DNA from: Candidatus Amesbacteria bacterium
Lineage (GTDB): Bacteria; Patescibacteriota; Microgenomatia; CAZETR01; Amesbacteraceae
Direction: 5' to 3'
DNA length: 64,000 bases
Assembly (NCBI GenBank): GCA_963736875.1
Contig: CAVTQH010000004.1
Coordinates: forward strand, 187,899 to 251,898
This document shows positions 49,770 through 61,751 of the stretch, piece by piece (position 1 is the first letter of the stretch; the number at the start of each line of letters is the position of its first letter). The notes beneath the pieces were generated by a model. The model had not been told where the DNA came from. It saw nothing but the letters and a program-made list of their open reading frames with translations, and ran no database searches. The position numbers were made by a program, and so were the translations under genes.

Positions 49770-50153
49770 TCAGATCCCCGGTTCATGATGAATCCCCAAA
49801 AGATGCCGGCACCCGTGTTCCGCCAGAAACCAGATTTCATCATCCACCATCAGGTTTTTTTCGGCCGCCTGTTTCACCGCAATCGGATAACAGATGACGA
49901 TATCCCCCAGCCGCAATACCCCGTCGGGAAAAACCCCTTCCTCCAGGGGAAAGGAAATCACATCCGTCACTTCATCCGAGCCTAAATATTTCTTATGCAA
50001 CTCCCGCATTTTTCGCTCCCCCACAATAACCAGTGACATTTCAACACTGGTGCTTACTCCCATACCGGACAGTAAATCCGCCAGACCCTGGCGTATCCGT
50101 TTCCGGTCAATTCTGTAACCCGTCTCCGTGGAAATATCCAGATTTACGGTCAT
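49770..50153 (-). CDS. ybeY: Endoribonuclease YbeY
   Basis: H…H…H zinc site (…HGCRHLLGIHHE…). Somewhat short C-terminus. Confidence 0.8.
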   Translation of the reverse strand: MTVNLDISTETGYRIDRKRIRQGLADLLSGMGVSTSVEMSLVIVGERKMRELHKKYLGSDEVTDVISFPLEEGVFPDGVLRLGDIVICYPIAVKQAAEKNLMVDDEIWFLAEHGCRHLLGIHHEPGI

Positions 50154-50156
50154 TTA

Positions 50157-50600
50157 TTATCCCAGAATATCCTTTACTACCCGGGCTACGGTTGCCCCGT
50201 CCGCTTTCCCCTTCAATACCGGTGTTACCGCCCGCATCACCAGTCCGAAATTCTTTCTCTCTTCCTCACCCAATGTCTTAATAATCTTAGCCACTTCGAT
50301 TAAAATTTCCTCATCGGACATTTGAGCCGGCAAATATTGAGAAAGTATTTCCGCTTCTTTCTGCTCCCCGGCAGCCTGCTCTTTCCTTCCTCCTGCCGTA
50401 AAAGACTCAACTGCTTCTTTTCTTTTTTTCACTTCCTTTGAAATCACTCCGAAAATGTCCTGGTCTGTTAAATCACGCTGTAAATCAATTTTTTTGTAGT
50501 TGAGTTCCGACAGCAACATGCGGATCACCGAAACCCGCAGTGCCTCCCCTGCCTTCATGGCAACTGTCAGATCATTTCTGATTTTTTCCTCAAGACTCAT
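50157..50600 (-). CDS. GatB/YqeY-domain protein
   Basis: Characteristic YqeY sequence (…LRVSVIRMLLSEL…). Confidence 0.8.
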   Translation of the reverse strand: MSLEEKIRNDLTVAMKAGEALRVSVIRMLLSELNYKKIDLQRDLTDQDIFGVISKEVKKRKEAVESFTAGGRKEQAAGEQKEAEILSQYLPAQMSDEEILIEVAKIIKTLGEEERKNFGLVMRAVTPVLKGKADGATVARVVKDILG

Positions 50601-50800
50601 TTTCCTCCGAAAGGCCTCATTACCCTTTTATAACCCTTCCGCCTTTCCTTGATTTTTTCCTGCTTGATTAAAGACGGTTTACGGTAAAATTCCCTTTGTT
50701 TCAGCTCAATCAGAATCTCGTCGGAAATTACTTTCTTCCGGAAATCGGCAATCAGCTTGTCGTCGGATTGTCCTGGTTTTTTACGTACAACTGTCGGCAA
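50597..50800 (-). CDS. rpsU: 30S ribosomal protein S21
   Basis: MPTVVRKKPGQSDDKLIADFRKK… S21-like. Confidence 0.85.
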   Translation of the reverse strand: MPTVVRKKPGQSDDKLIADFRKKVISDEILIELKQREFYRKPSLIKQEKIKERRKGYKRVMRPFGGK

Positions 50801-51175
50801 TTAACTCTTCCCCCCTTTCAAATCGAAGTTTGTCTCCATATCCGGAGACCTGTCTTTCCAGCCACCAATAACATGATAATGTATATGGAAAACCGACTGT
50901 CCGGCATCCTTCCCGTTCGCCATCAAAATCCTGAAAGCTTCTGTAATATTCATTTTTTTTGCCACACCGGCGGCTGCCAGCTGTATTTCCCCCAACACCA
51001 TCGTATCATTTCCCGTTGCTTCCGCTAACCGGCTAATATGTTTTTTGGGAACAACCAAAACATGCACCGGAGCTATAGGATTAATATCCCTGAAAGCCAC
51101 CCACGTACCACCCTCCATCACCTTCTCTGATGGAATCTCGCCGGCTATGATTTTACAGAAAACACAGTCCTTCAT
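50801..51175 (-). CDS. HIT-family (histidine triad) hydrolase
   Basis: HxHxHxx motif (…HIHYHVIGG…). Confidence 0.85.
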   Translation of the reverse strand: MKDCVFCKIIAGEIPSEKVMEGGTWVAFRDINPIAPVHVLVVPKKHISRLAEATGNDTMVLGEIQLAAAGVAKKMNITEAFRILMANGKDAGQSVFHIHYHVIGGWKDRSPDMETNFDLKGGKS

Positions 51176-51212
51176 AAGTTCTTGGATTATATACTATCGG
51201 TCAGGTATCCGG

Positions 51213-51512
51213 CTACAGGCCTGATGCTTCACTCTTAATCTGCTCCAAATCCGCCACCCCGCCGTCATCAACCGTCATCTGCAATTGCACCATCATTCCG
51301 GCAGGTGATTCCGCTTCCACAACCTGCTCCCGATCTTGGGTCGGAGTTTCAACCGGATTTCTGATCATTCCCCCTCCGGAAAGGCTTTTTACCCAGATTA
51401 CCGCCACGGCCGCAAACACCACGGCTATAGCCAGATATAAAAACTGGTCCGCTTCTCTGGATTTGGTCAAAATGTCACTCTCCTTCCTTAAGTTTGGGCG
51501 GGATTTCCACAC
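51213..51512 (-). CDS. Hypothetical membrane-anchored small protein
   Basis: Single hydrophobic helix. Start uncertain. Confidence 0.3.
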   Translation of the reverse strand: MWKSRPNLRKESDILTKSREADQFLYLAIAVVFAAVAVIWVKSLSGGGMIRNPVETPTQDREQVVEAESPAGMMVQLQMTVDDGGVADLEQIKSEASGL

Positions 51513-52167
51513 CCAGTAATAAAGCTAACTTCTGCACCGCCGAGACTGCCGCAAACCGTGCATCTTTCACTTTCTGATGAATGGCCAGCATTTCCTTTTC
51601 AAAAGCCTTTACCGCTTCACTGACTTCTTTTCCCAGATTCTCTTCTATCCCCGAAATTATCAGAGTACACGATCTCCCCTCCTGAGCAGTTATTGCCACC
51701 CTCGCTTCAGAAATCTTCTGCCTGGCGGTGGCAACCGCCGTCTCCACGCCGGCCGTATCTTTCCCGTTGGCTTTCGCCTGGGCTGATCTGGATGCCACCC
51801 GGTCAAGCACTTCGGAAATCCGGTCCAGATGCCTTGCGGCAATTTCCACCCTGTTTTGATTGGTATTGCATATCCGGTTGTTTACTCTTTCCAGTATCTG
51901 CTTTTTTCTGGCATCTTTGATTTCACCAAGCCTCTCCTGCCACCTGAGTCTCAGTTCTTCCCGAAGCTTGGTTAAAGTCGGTCTGATATCAATTATTCTT
52001 CGCCAACTCCCCCCGCCGGTTGCCACGCTCACTTCATGCCTGATTACTGTTTCTCCGTTGTTTGCTATGACCACACTTTCCGCCCGTGCTTCGGCGTATT
52101 CCGCCGCTGCTCCCGCCGGAGACAACACCAAAAACACCAAAGCCGATACAACAAATCCCTTTCTCAC
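51475..52167 (-). CDS. Secreted coiled-coil hypothetical protein
   Basis: Signal peptide (…LVFLVLSPAGAAAEY…) followed by helical repeats. Confidence 0.45.
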   Translation of the reverse strand: MRKGFVVSALVFLVLSPAGAAAEYAEARAESVVIANNGETVIRHEVSVATGGGSWRRIIDIRPTLTKLREELRLRWQERLGEIKDARKKQILERVNNRICNTNQNRVEIAARHLDRISEVLDRVASRSAQAKANGKDTAGVETAVATARQKISEARVAITAQEGRSCTLIISGIEENLGKEVSEAVKAFEKEMLAIHQKVKDARFAAVSAVQKLALLLGVEIPPKLKEGE

Positions 52168-52220
52168 TTCCCCAGTACACCATAATTTTGATTAATTTGT
52201 CAAGTATAATCCCCTTAAAT

Positions 52221-53298
<1,078 letters not shown>

Positions 53299-53307
53299 TC
53301 CCCGCAC

Positions 53308-53547
53308 ATGACTGACCAGCTTAAAAACCAACTGACCGAAGCCGATATTAAGAGGCTCGAATGGTATGGTGACGCCAGAATTATTAAATTATTTTTGGAT
53401 GCCGGCAGGTCAATCATAGCCCAAAACGGACTCAAAAACCACTGGACAGCCAGGAATCTAGTGGAAAAATCCGACGGGATCTCCGTATATACCAGGAGGA
53501 TATTCCGGCAATTATATGGCTTACTTCTGGCCTTAAGCAACATCTAA
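53308..53547 (+). CDS. Hypothetical small protein (79 aa) between tgt and queA
   Basis: ORF only. Confidence 0.3.
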   Translation: MTDQLKNQLTEADIKRLEWYGDARIIKLFLDAGRSIIAQNGLKNHWTARNLVEKSDGISVYTRRIFRQLYGLLLALSNI

Positions 53548-53565
53548 GAAAAATTACCCCCACAG

Positions 53566-54565
53566 ATGCCTGACTATTCCATAACCTTCCTCTGATTTAA
53601 TCGCCCAGACACCGGCTAGACCGCGAGATCACAGTCGGTTGCTTTTAATTGACCGCAGTACCGGCCATCTCTCCCACCACCGCTTTAATGAGCTTCCGGA
53701 CCTTCTTCATCCCACCGACGTCCTGGTTTTTAACAATACCAAAGTCTTCCCGGCACGATTACACGGTCAAAAAGTAACCGGAGGGTATGTGGAGGTATTA
53801 TTACTCAAAAATCATAATAAAGGACTCTGGGAGGTCATATCTCATCCAGGTCTTAAACCCGGTCAATGCCTTAATTTTAGTTTAAAGGTCAAAGCGGTCG
53901 TCATTGACCCAAATCACATCAGATTTCCTGATACTGTTAACTATTCGCTGTTAACCAAACTGGGCCTGACCCCGCTTCCCCCTTATATCCATCCCACCGT
54001 CGGAGAATCAATTCTGCGCAAACAATACCAGACAATTTATGCCAGATACCCCGGTTCCGCCGCAGCTCCTACGGCCGGTCTGCATTTTACCAAACGATTA
54101 TTAAGTCAGCTAAAAATCAGAAATATTCAGTCGGAATACCTGACTCTTCATGTCGGATTGGGAACATTCAAAGCACCTACCCCGCAGCAGATTTCTTCCG
54201 GAAAACTCCACAGTGAATACTTCGACCTTAACAGTCAAACCGCCGCACGACTGAATCACGCCAAATTAAAAAAACGGCGTATCATTGCGGTCGGTACCAC
54301 GGTCTGCCGGGTTCTTGAAGCCTGTTGTGACCCCAAAAGTCACCGGCTTTCCCAGGGTAAGGGAGAAACGGATATTTTTATCAAACCCCCGTATCAATTC
54401 AAATTTATCGACGGATTAATCACCAACTTCCACCTGCCGCGCACCAGTCTTCTGATGCTGGTATCCGCATTTTCTTCATGGCCGATAATCAACCGCGCTT
54501 ACCAGGAAGCTATCCGGCAAAAATACCGTTTCTATTCCTTCGGCGACGCCTGTTTGCTTATTTAA
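53566..54565 (+). CDS. queA: S-adenosylmethionine:tRNA ribosyltransferase-isomerase QueA (probable frameshift near 53588-53592 at the 5' end)
   Basis: Track ORF 53639..54565 is QueA-like throughout. Upstream, ATG-MPDYSITF in another frame plus …PSSDLIAQTPARPRDHSRLLLIDR… in frame matches the QueA N-terminus (MRVTDFSFELPESLIAHYP…). Confidence 0.75.
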
Positions 54566-54863
54566 CCGGTTTTTTTGCAGACTTCCAGCCTTCGGTTACT
54601 CTTTTTTCCAGCTCTTCCACTTTCTGGCTGACCATCTCGCTGGCCTGGGCGGCAAAATCCCCGGTCTTGCCCGAAAACTCACCAAATTTCTCCGTCCCCT
54701 CTTTCACCGCTTTTTTCCAGCCCACCTGCAATTTTTTCCGTTTTTTTTCATCAGACAAAACTACCGCCGCCGCACCGGCAGCAGCTCCAAACACCGCCGC
54801 TTTTAAAGCGGTTCCCAAAGCAGATCCTCCTTTACTCTTGTGACTTGTCATGTTTAACCACAC
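54558..54863 (-). CDS. YtxH-like small protein
   Basis: N-terminal Gly/Ala-rich amphipathic segment then a charged helical region. Confidence 0.45.
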   Translation of the reverse strand: MWLNMTSHKSKGGSALGTALKAAVFGAAAGAAAVVLSDEKKRKKLQVGWKKAVKEGTEKFGEFSGKTGDFAAQASEMVSQKVEELEKRVTEGWKSAKKPVK

Positions 54864-55092
54864 CCCCCTTCTTAATTTTAGGCAGTACGCTTTGCACCAA
54901 AGTTAAAACCGCCAGTTTAATCCCGTCTTTTAATGCCGCCGCATCCGTTGCCACTCCCTTCGCTTTTTCCGATACTACCCGGACGTTTTGCAGAATTCTG
55001 AACACTTCCGCGGTTATAGCCACCGCACATATTACTAACACCACAAAACCCGTACCCAGACACAAATAAAAATAATCCAATGATGTCATCAC
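54832..55092 (-). CDS. DUF948-like membrane protein
   Basis: N-terminal TM helix followed by coiled-coil. Overlaps the downstream YtxH-like gene. Confidence 0.45.
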   Translation of the reverse strand: MMTSLDYFYLCLGTGFVVLVICAVAITAEVFRILQNVRVVSEKAKGVATDAAALKDGIKLAVLTLVQSVLPKIKKGGVVKHDKSQE

Positions 55093-55326
55093 TCTGAGTC
55101 TACACTATTTTCCGCTATCTTTTCAATAATCGTTCATATCCCCTGTTATTACCGCCCATTCTTATCCACCACTGTGATCTCTTCATGTTTTTCCTAACCA
55201 TTATCGCATTTTCCTTACCCCCGTCAGGCCATTTCCGGCACAAATAATAAATCGTTCTTTCTTTCCCCGGGGTACCAAATGCCGGTACTTCAAAGTCTGC
55301 CTCCCACAGAGGTGCTTCCGATTTCA

Positions 55327-56471
55327 TTACTTTCCCAACAGCTTGCTGATAAGGCCCATCCGCCACACGTCCTGCAGGGATACAAGTGCCATCAGCGTCA
55401 GCAAAAACGCCATACCCCAGGAATTCACTTTCTGTTCTATCTCGGCTGATATCCGGCGTTTAAACAGGTATTCGAGCCAGATAAACAGCATCCTCCCCCC
55501 GTCCAAAGCCGGAATCGGCAGCACGTTAAATACCGCCAGGTTCACGGATAATACAGCCACGAGTTCCAGAAGCGGCAGCCACCCTTCAGCCGCCACCAAA
55601 CCGGTCAATTGATATATTCCCACCGGTCCCGAAACTCCCTCCGGAGCTTTTCCGGCCACCAGATTTTTTCCGATTTGTCTTAATCCGTCAAAAACCCTGC
55701 CTATCCAGATTCCGGTTGATTTAAACCCCTGTCTGGCTACCCCGATAATACAGTCCGGATTGTACACTTTGCAGCTGACCGTGTTTACGTAAGGATAATC
55801 CGCAATCGTTACTCCCAATGCTCCCTGCCCCTCGGGGGGGTTTTTCCGGGGAACCACGGCAATCAGTTCCTCCCTGGTACCCCTTTCCGCAATCCCTTCA
55901 AAAAGCGGGGTTACCTGCCCCCGTTCGACAGTAATGCTCACTTTCAGTCCTCCCCAGGATTTCATCAGCTGTCCGAATTGTTGTACCGAATAAACCGGCT
56001 TCCCTTCAACTTTTACCACCCGTCTTCCACTGCAAAACCGGCGATAGCAGCCGGTGATTCCGGAGCAATTTCAACGACAGTTACTTTGGACTGGGTTTGA
56101 CCCGGTATTCCCACCACCGAATACAGCCAGCCAAAAGCCGCCAGTGCCAATACCAGATTCATCACCACTCCGGCAATTATTACGGCTATTCTTTGCTTTT
56201 TTCCCCGGCTCCAAAAATCCTTTCCCTTTAATGCTCCGGTCGATGCAGGACCTTCTTCACCCAAAAGTCTTACAAATCCTCCGAACAGCAAAGGGTACAG
56301 CGCAAACTGTGTTCCCCGTAATTTAAACTTTATCAGCGGTCTGGTAAACGGCAGTCCGAAAGCAAACTCTTCCACCCTGATTCCCAGTAATACCGCAGCC
56401 ATAAAATGCCCCAGTTCGTGAACCAGAACCAATACGGATAAAACCAGTCCGAAAACAACCCACGTCGGCAT
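55327..56471 (-). CDS. rseP: RIP metalloprotease RseP (site-2 protease, M50), split by an apparent G-run indel near 56013-56020
   Basis: N-terminal ORF has the HELGH zinc motif. C-terminal ORF has PDZ and the C-terminal LDGG motif. The reconstructed junction is …AVEDG(V)VKVEGKPV…. Confidence 0.8.
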
Positions 56472-56713
56472 GTTCTCCAGTTTACAGTTTCAAATCTCTT
56501 AAAACAACACCATGTACTACTTCACCAACCCCTGCCCAACCAGCACTAACACCCCTAACGCCAATAAAGCAGCCGCTATTTCCACTTTCGTCATTATCTT
56601 GTCGAGCTTCTCAGCCCGATCCATTCTCTGCAAATTCTTTGCCCAATTTGGTAGTGTTTCCATATACTTATAATACTATAAGACCTTAATAAATACAACT
56701 ATAGGCCTGAATA

Positions 56714-57268
56714 TTATACTTTCATTAATTCCGCTTCCTTGGCTTTACCGGTATTTTCAATATCCAGCATCATTTTATCCATCACTTTTTGCAGCTCTTC
56801 CTCAATCCTCGTCCGGTCATCCTCAGGCAGTGTCCCGGCCTCAAATTCCCGCTTCATTTCACTCATTTTATCGTGCCGGATCTGCCTCAGTTTCACTCTC
56901 CCCTCCTCCATTTTCTGATGCAGCATCCGTACATACTCCTGCCTGCGTTCGGAAGTTAGTGCAGGCACCGCAATTCTGATGACATTATTATCCAAAACCG
57001 GGGTTAATCCCACATTTGCTCCGACAATATCCCTTCTGATGTCCCCGATAATCGACGGATCATAAGGGGTTACGAGAAGTGACTGGGGATCCGGAGCTGT
57101 GATGGTTGCCAGTTCCACTATCCGCATTTTGGCGGTTCCCCCGTATGCGTTGATTACGATATTTTCGACCAGCGTCGGAGTCGCCCTGCCGGTTCTGATA
57201 GTTCCGATATCCTGCTTCACAAACTCCAGTACCTTTTGCATCCTGGCCGGTACGTCTCCCAAATCCAT
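56714..57268 (-). CDS. frr: Ribosome recycling factor
   Basis: Full-length RRF-like sequence. Confidence 0.9.
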   Translation of the reverse strand: MDLGDVPARMQKVLEFVKQDIGTIRTGRATPTLVENIVINAYGGTAKMRIVELATITAPDPQSLLVTPYDPSIIGDIRRDIVGANVGLTPVLDNNVIRIAVPALTSERRQEYVRMLHQKMEEGRVKLRQIRHDKMSEMKREFEAGTLPEDDRTRIEEELQKVMDKMMLDIENTGKAKEAELMKV

Positions 57269-57301
57269 ATCCCAATAATATCACAAAGTCAATTTTCCGG
57301 A

Positions 57302-57595
57302 CTATGAATTCCCGATTTTTCCACTCGAAATTCTTTTCCCTCGCGCCCTGGCAATTTGCTTTGGTCCCTCCTGATGGGAAAAATTCTTCTCCAATCTCTT
57401 TACCAAGGCAAACAAACACGAATAACATACCGGAGCGTCAGACTTTTTCAGTGCGTCTCTTATTTCGTCCAAAGCTATGTCTGGTCTGTACCCTGTCTGG
57501 TAACAAGCACCATACAAACTCCCTCCGTTTTGTATCAATTTCATTAAATCCGGATTAACTTGATTGCATGTTTCACACCCTCCACACTTTGCCAT
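57302..57595 (-). CDS. Cys-rich small protein (CGGC…C … CYSC), unknown function
   Basis: Start at internal MAKCGGCETC…. Sits between tsf and frr, where pyrH usually lies. Confidence 0.35.
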   Translation of the reverse strand: MAKCGGCETCNQVNPDLMKLIQNGGSLYGACYQTGYRPDIALDEIRDALKKSDAPVCYSCLFALVKRLEKNFSHQEGPKQIARARGKRISSGKIGNS

Positions 57596-57630
57596 TTGGG
57601 AATTATACCCTATCAAAGGCTTTTATTCAC

Positions 57631-58077
57631 CTAGACTTTCAATACTTTGAATTCCACCACCTGGATATTTTCACCCAGCTTGCCGATTACTTCCTTGATC
57701 AGTACTTCTATTGTCTTTGACGGATCCCGGACATATTCCTGTTTCAAAAGCGTTTCCACCGACTCCGGATCGCTGGCGCAAACATGCATTGCCAGTTCTC
57801 TGCCCAATTTCTGAAAATCGTCTGTTTTGGCCACAAAATCCGTCTCGCAGGCCAAAGCCAGAATAGCTCCCGTCACCCCGGTGTGATGCGCATAGGTAAA
57901 CACCATTCCCGCTTTTACTTCCCTCTCCCCTTTCTTGGCTGCTTTCTCGATTCCTCTTTTTCTCAGCCACTCCGTGGCTTTTTTCTGATCACCGCCGCTT
58001 TCATCCAGCGCCTGCCGGCAGTCGGACACTCCCGCTCCCGTGGCTTGCCGTAATTTTTTAATAGCCAGTACATCCAT
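57631..58077 (-). CDS. tsf: Elongation factor Ts (short 148-aa form)
   Basis: N-terminal UBA-like …LRQATGAGVSDCRQALDESGGDQKKATEWLRKRG… and a single dimerisation/core domain. Confidence 0.85.
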   Translation of the reverse strand: MDVLAIKKLRQATGAGVSDCRQALDESGGDQKKATEWLRKRGIEKAAKKGEREVKAGMVFTYAHHTGVTGAILALACETDFVAKTDDFQKLGRELAMHVCASDPESVETLLKQEYVRDPSKTIEVLIKEVIGKLGENIQVVEFKVLKV

Positions 58078-58079
58078 AT

Positions 58080-58938
58080 TTATTTTTTCTCCTTTACAAC
58101 TTTTGCCAATACTTCAACTTTAGCCTCTTTCCCAACTTCCTCCTCGACTTTTTTTTCTATTTCTTCGGCCACCGCTTCTGCCACCTCCGGTTCGGATTTT
58201 TTCTCTTTTTTAATTTTTTTCTCCTTCACTTCATCCCGGGGTTTATCCCCTGGCTGAGACCGCTTTCCCTCTTCCACCGCGTCCGCTATAGCCTTGACAA
58301 TCAATTCAATCGATTTTACCGCATCGTCATTGGCGGCAATTAAATAGTCCACAATTTCCGGCCGGGCATTGGTATCCACGATTCCCACAACCGGAATCCG
58401 CATTCTTACCGCTTCCCGCACGGCTACTTCTTCCCGATGGGTATCCACCACAAATATTGCGTCGGGTAAGTCTGCTCAATGCTGCCACCCCGCCGAAAAA
58501 CTTTCCCAGACTGACAATTTCCCGGTCAAACAGAAGCCTTTCCTTCTTGGTATATTTGTTCAGTTCCCCCGCTTCTTTTTTGGCTTTAAGATCAGCCAGT
58601 TTGTGGATGCTTTTTGACAGCTGGGAAAAATTAGTTAGAAGCCCTCCCATCCACCTGACACTGGTATACGGCATCCCGACTCTGATCGCTTCCGCTTTTA
58701 CCATATCCGCCGCCTGTCTTTTGGTCCCCACAAACAAAATTACTCCGCCTTCGGACGCCACCTTTTTTACAAAATCGCAGGCTGCTTCCAGTCCTTCTTT
58801 GGTTTTGGCCAAATCAAAAATATGCACTCCGTCCCTCACGCCGTAAATATATTTACTCATTGCCGGATTCCACCGTCTCTTCATATGCCCGAAATGGCAA
58901 CCGGCTTCCAATAATTCCTCCAAAGTGATTTTCTTCAT
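58080..58938 (-). CDS. rpsB: 30S ribosomal protein S2, split by an apparent C-run indel near 58450-58460; Lys/Glu-rich C-terminal tail
   Basis: N-terminal ORF …[13 protein letters not shown]…FVGTKRQA…. The C-terminal frame continues …[18 protein letters not shown]…[10 protein letters not shown]…. Confidence 0.85.
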
Positions 58939-59089
58939 TACTGCTTTCTCCTTAATCCGCCACCTGTCAGAAGTTAATCAGGAGAAAATGACAAGTGTGT
59001 GAAATAACTTCCTTATTCTATCCCAAACTCCGACCTCTTGCCTAGTCCCATCCGCATTTTCAATCACTAGCCTGTTTCTCCCGCCGTTC

Positions 59090-59660
59090 TTAGCCTGATA
59101 CATCAGCCCGTCCGCTCTGATCAATAAAATCTGCAGCTGATTCATCCGGTCTGGCTAAAGTTGCTCCCACACTTACCGTAATTCTTCTGTCTGTAAGTCC
59201 TGCCTGGCCTGCTACTTCGGACCAAATTTTTCCGCCCATTCTCTTGGCTGTCTGTTTCAGCTGCTTCTTCATCCTTCGCTTCCGGAATTATCAATATTAA
59301 TTCCTCCCCCCCGAACCGTCCGGCCAGCCCGGTTTCTCCCTCCTCATCTTTAATTATTTCCGCCACTGCCTTCAGTACCTTATCCCCTACCAAATGCCCA
59401 AACTCGTCATTAATATTTTTTAAAAAATCCAGATCAATAAACAAAATCCCCACTTTCCAGCCGTGTTTCTTAGCCACTTTCAGCTCTCTTGCCAGAGAAG
59501 CTCCGATATACGCCTGATTAAACAAACCTGTCAGTCCGTCGCGGATTGCATCTCTCTCTGCTTTGACTAACCTTGCAGCCCATTTATCCGCCATCTGGTC
59601 GGGACTTAAAAACCCTCCGCTTATTTTCGCTAAGTCACTTTTATATCTGCTTTTACCCAT
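59090..59660 (-). CDS. GGDEF-domain protein (stand-alone diguanylate-cyclase-like), split by an apparent frameshift near 59270
   Basis: …DGLTGLFNQAY…FIDLDFLKNINDEFGHLVGDKVL…RFGGEELILI… has GGEEL, a variant of the GG[D/E]EF motif. The C-terminal piece lies in the overlapping ORF 59090..59272. Confidence 0.6.
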
Positions 59661-59720
59661 TCCTTATGCGCTTTATCATCCCTGTCAATTTTCCGTCTGT
59701 CTTCATCTGACATTTCCATA

Positions 59721-60490
59721 TTATTTTTTCGCCTTGATTAACTCCAGCAGATTTGCAAATAACATCGCTACCGTTACCGGTCCCACTCCTCCGGGGACAG
59801 GCGTAAAAAACGAAGCTTTACCCGCCACTTCCGGATCAAAATCACCGTGCGGATACCCCACATCAATACACACCACCCCTTCCTTTACCATCTGCGGCCG
59901 GATCAGCCGTTCCTGCCCGGTACAGGAAATTACTACATCCGCATCTCTTAAAATGTCCGCACTAAAATCATCCTTATCCATTCCGGCACACCGAAGCTCC
60001 TCTCACCAGTCTTGATCCGACCGTTCCCCTGTTTCCCACCACCACAATTTTTTGATATTTGTTTATTGAATTTAATATTTCTGTCACCGCCCTCACTGTC
60101 GCCGGAACTACCAAAGACCTGACATTCAGCCCGTCCGCGTCTTTGCCGGGATCAATCAAAAGACTTAATTTAATATCCTGAGACCGGCTGCCGGTTAAAG
60201 GCAGCTGCAGCATGATTCCGTCAACTCTCTCGTCCTTGTTTAAGTTGCTGACCAACCCTTCCGGATCGGTCGTGCTTTTCAGATCATAAGCAGTCAATTC
60301 AATTCCCAACTCCCCGGCTTTTTTCTTTTTAATGTTGGTGTACATTCTTCCTTCGGGATCCTGGGGATTACAAATCGATACTAATCGCGGCGCCCGTCCC
60401 AGATCTCCTGGTTATCCGGACCACTTCACTTTTAAGTCGGTTCTCGATTCTCCCCGCCATCTCCTTCCCGTCAAATATCACCGTATTCAT
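59721..60490 (-). CDS. folD: Bifunctional methylene-THF dehydrogenase/methenyl-THF cyclohydrolase FolD, fragmented by two apparent frameshifts (about 59980 and 60390)
   Basis: Three consecutive frames give MNTVIFDGKEMAGRIENRLKSEV…, then …YTNIKKKKAGELGIE…QLPL…VVVGNRGTVG…, then …DADVVISCTGQ…VCIDVGY…GGVGPVTVAML…. Confidence 0.7.
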
Positions 60491-61704
60491 GGTACCGGAA
60501 ATTTGGCACATAACTGTTTCACTTTTAAATTGACCTCCCGGGCTTGACTTTTTGAGCTCAAAATTTCATCTATCAGTCCGGCAATTTGTCTCATTTCCGG
60601 CTCTTTCATTCCCCGGGTTGTTACCGCCGGTGTTCCCAGCCGGATGCCGGAAGGTTTTTTGGCAGAACCCGGATCATAGGGTACGGTGTTGGCATTAACC
60701 ACTATCCCCGCCTCTTCCAAGGATACCGCAGCATCTTTACCCGAAATCCCTTTATCCTGCAGATCAACTACCATCATATGGTTGTCTGTTCCTCCCGTGC
60801 TCAGACTCAGACCCGATGCGGTTAGTTCTCCGGCCAGCACTTTTGCATTTTTAACTACCTGGCTGATATATGCTTTAAATTCCGGCCGGGACGCTTCTTC
60901 CAATGCAATCGCTATCCCGGCAATGGCTGCTTCATGCGGTCCTCCCTGGATTCCCGGAAATACCCCCCGGTCAATTTTATTAGAAAGCGTCGGGTCTTTG
61001 TCCAAACCTCTTTGGGTTACCATAAGCATCGCTCCCCGGGGACCTCGGAGGGTTTTATGAGTGGTAGTCATAATAATATCGGCATAAGGCACCGGCGACG
61101 GGTGCTCCCCGGCGATAACCAAACCGGCAATATGGGAAATATCCGCCAGTAAATATGCTCCGGTCTTTTCCGCCGCCCCGGCAAATCTTTCCCATTTGAT
61201 TTCCCGCGGATAGGCGGTAATACCGGCAATAATTAATTTCGGCTTCTCCCTAACTGCCATTTCCTCCATCCTGTCGTAATCCAGAAAACCTTTATCATCT
61301 ACGTCATACTGAACGGCGTTAAAAAACTTCCCCGAAAATGATGCCGCCTGGCCGTGTGTCAGATGCCCTCCCGCGGACAGTTTCATCCCCATAATCTTTT
61401 CTCCGGGAGAAATAAGCGCCAGAAGTACCGCGGCATTGGCCGGAGACCCGGAATAAGGCTGGACATTGGCATACGGTACACCGAACAATGATTTTGCTCG
61501 TTCTATGGCAATATTCTCTATTTCATCGATATATTTATTTCCCTGGTAGTATCGTTTCCCCGGATATCCCTCCGCATACTTATTGTTCAGTACCGAACCC
61601 TGTGCTTGCCGGACTGCCCTACTGGTATAGTTCTCGGACGGGATGAGCATCAGTGTTTCCCTCTGCCTTTTTTCTTCCGCTTTTATCAATTCAGTTATAT
61701 TCAT
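60487..61704 (-). CDS. glyA: Serine hydroxymethyltransferase
   Basis: PLP-lysine context …TTTHKTLRGPRG…, full-length SHMT. Start at the internal Met (MNITELIKAEE…). Confidence 0.9.
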   Translation of the reverse strand: MNITELIKAEEKRQRETLMLIPSENYTSRAVRQAQGSVLNNKYAEGYPGKRYYQGNKYIDEIENIAIERAKSLFGVPYANVQPYSGSPANAAVLLALISPGEKIMGMKLSAGGHLTHGQAASFSGKFFNAVQYDVDDKGFLDYDRMEEMAVREKPKLIIAGITAYPREIKWERFAGAAEKTGAYLLADISHIAGLVIAGEHPSPVPYADIIMTTTHKTLRGPRGAMLMVTQRGLDKDPTLSNKIDRGVFPGIQGGPHEAAIAGIAIALEEASRPEFKAYISQVVKNAKVLAGELTASGLSLSTGGTDNHMMVVDLQDKGISGKDAAVSLEEAGIVVNANTVPYDPGSAKKPSGIRLGTPAVTTRGMKEPEMRQIAGLIDEILSSKSQAREVNLKVKQLCAKFPVP

Positions 61705-61751
61705 TCGATAATTATACCCGTTCCGCCTGATTATTTGGTATATTAGGGCGT

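Noticed and set aside
55115-55366. 83-aa ORF between rseP and the DUF948 gene
   Set aside because: It overlaps the rseP 3' end by 40 nt, has no motif, and its composition is unconvincing. Treated as probably spurious.
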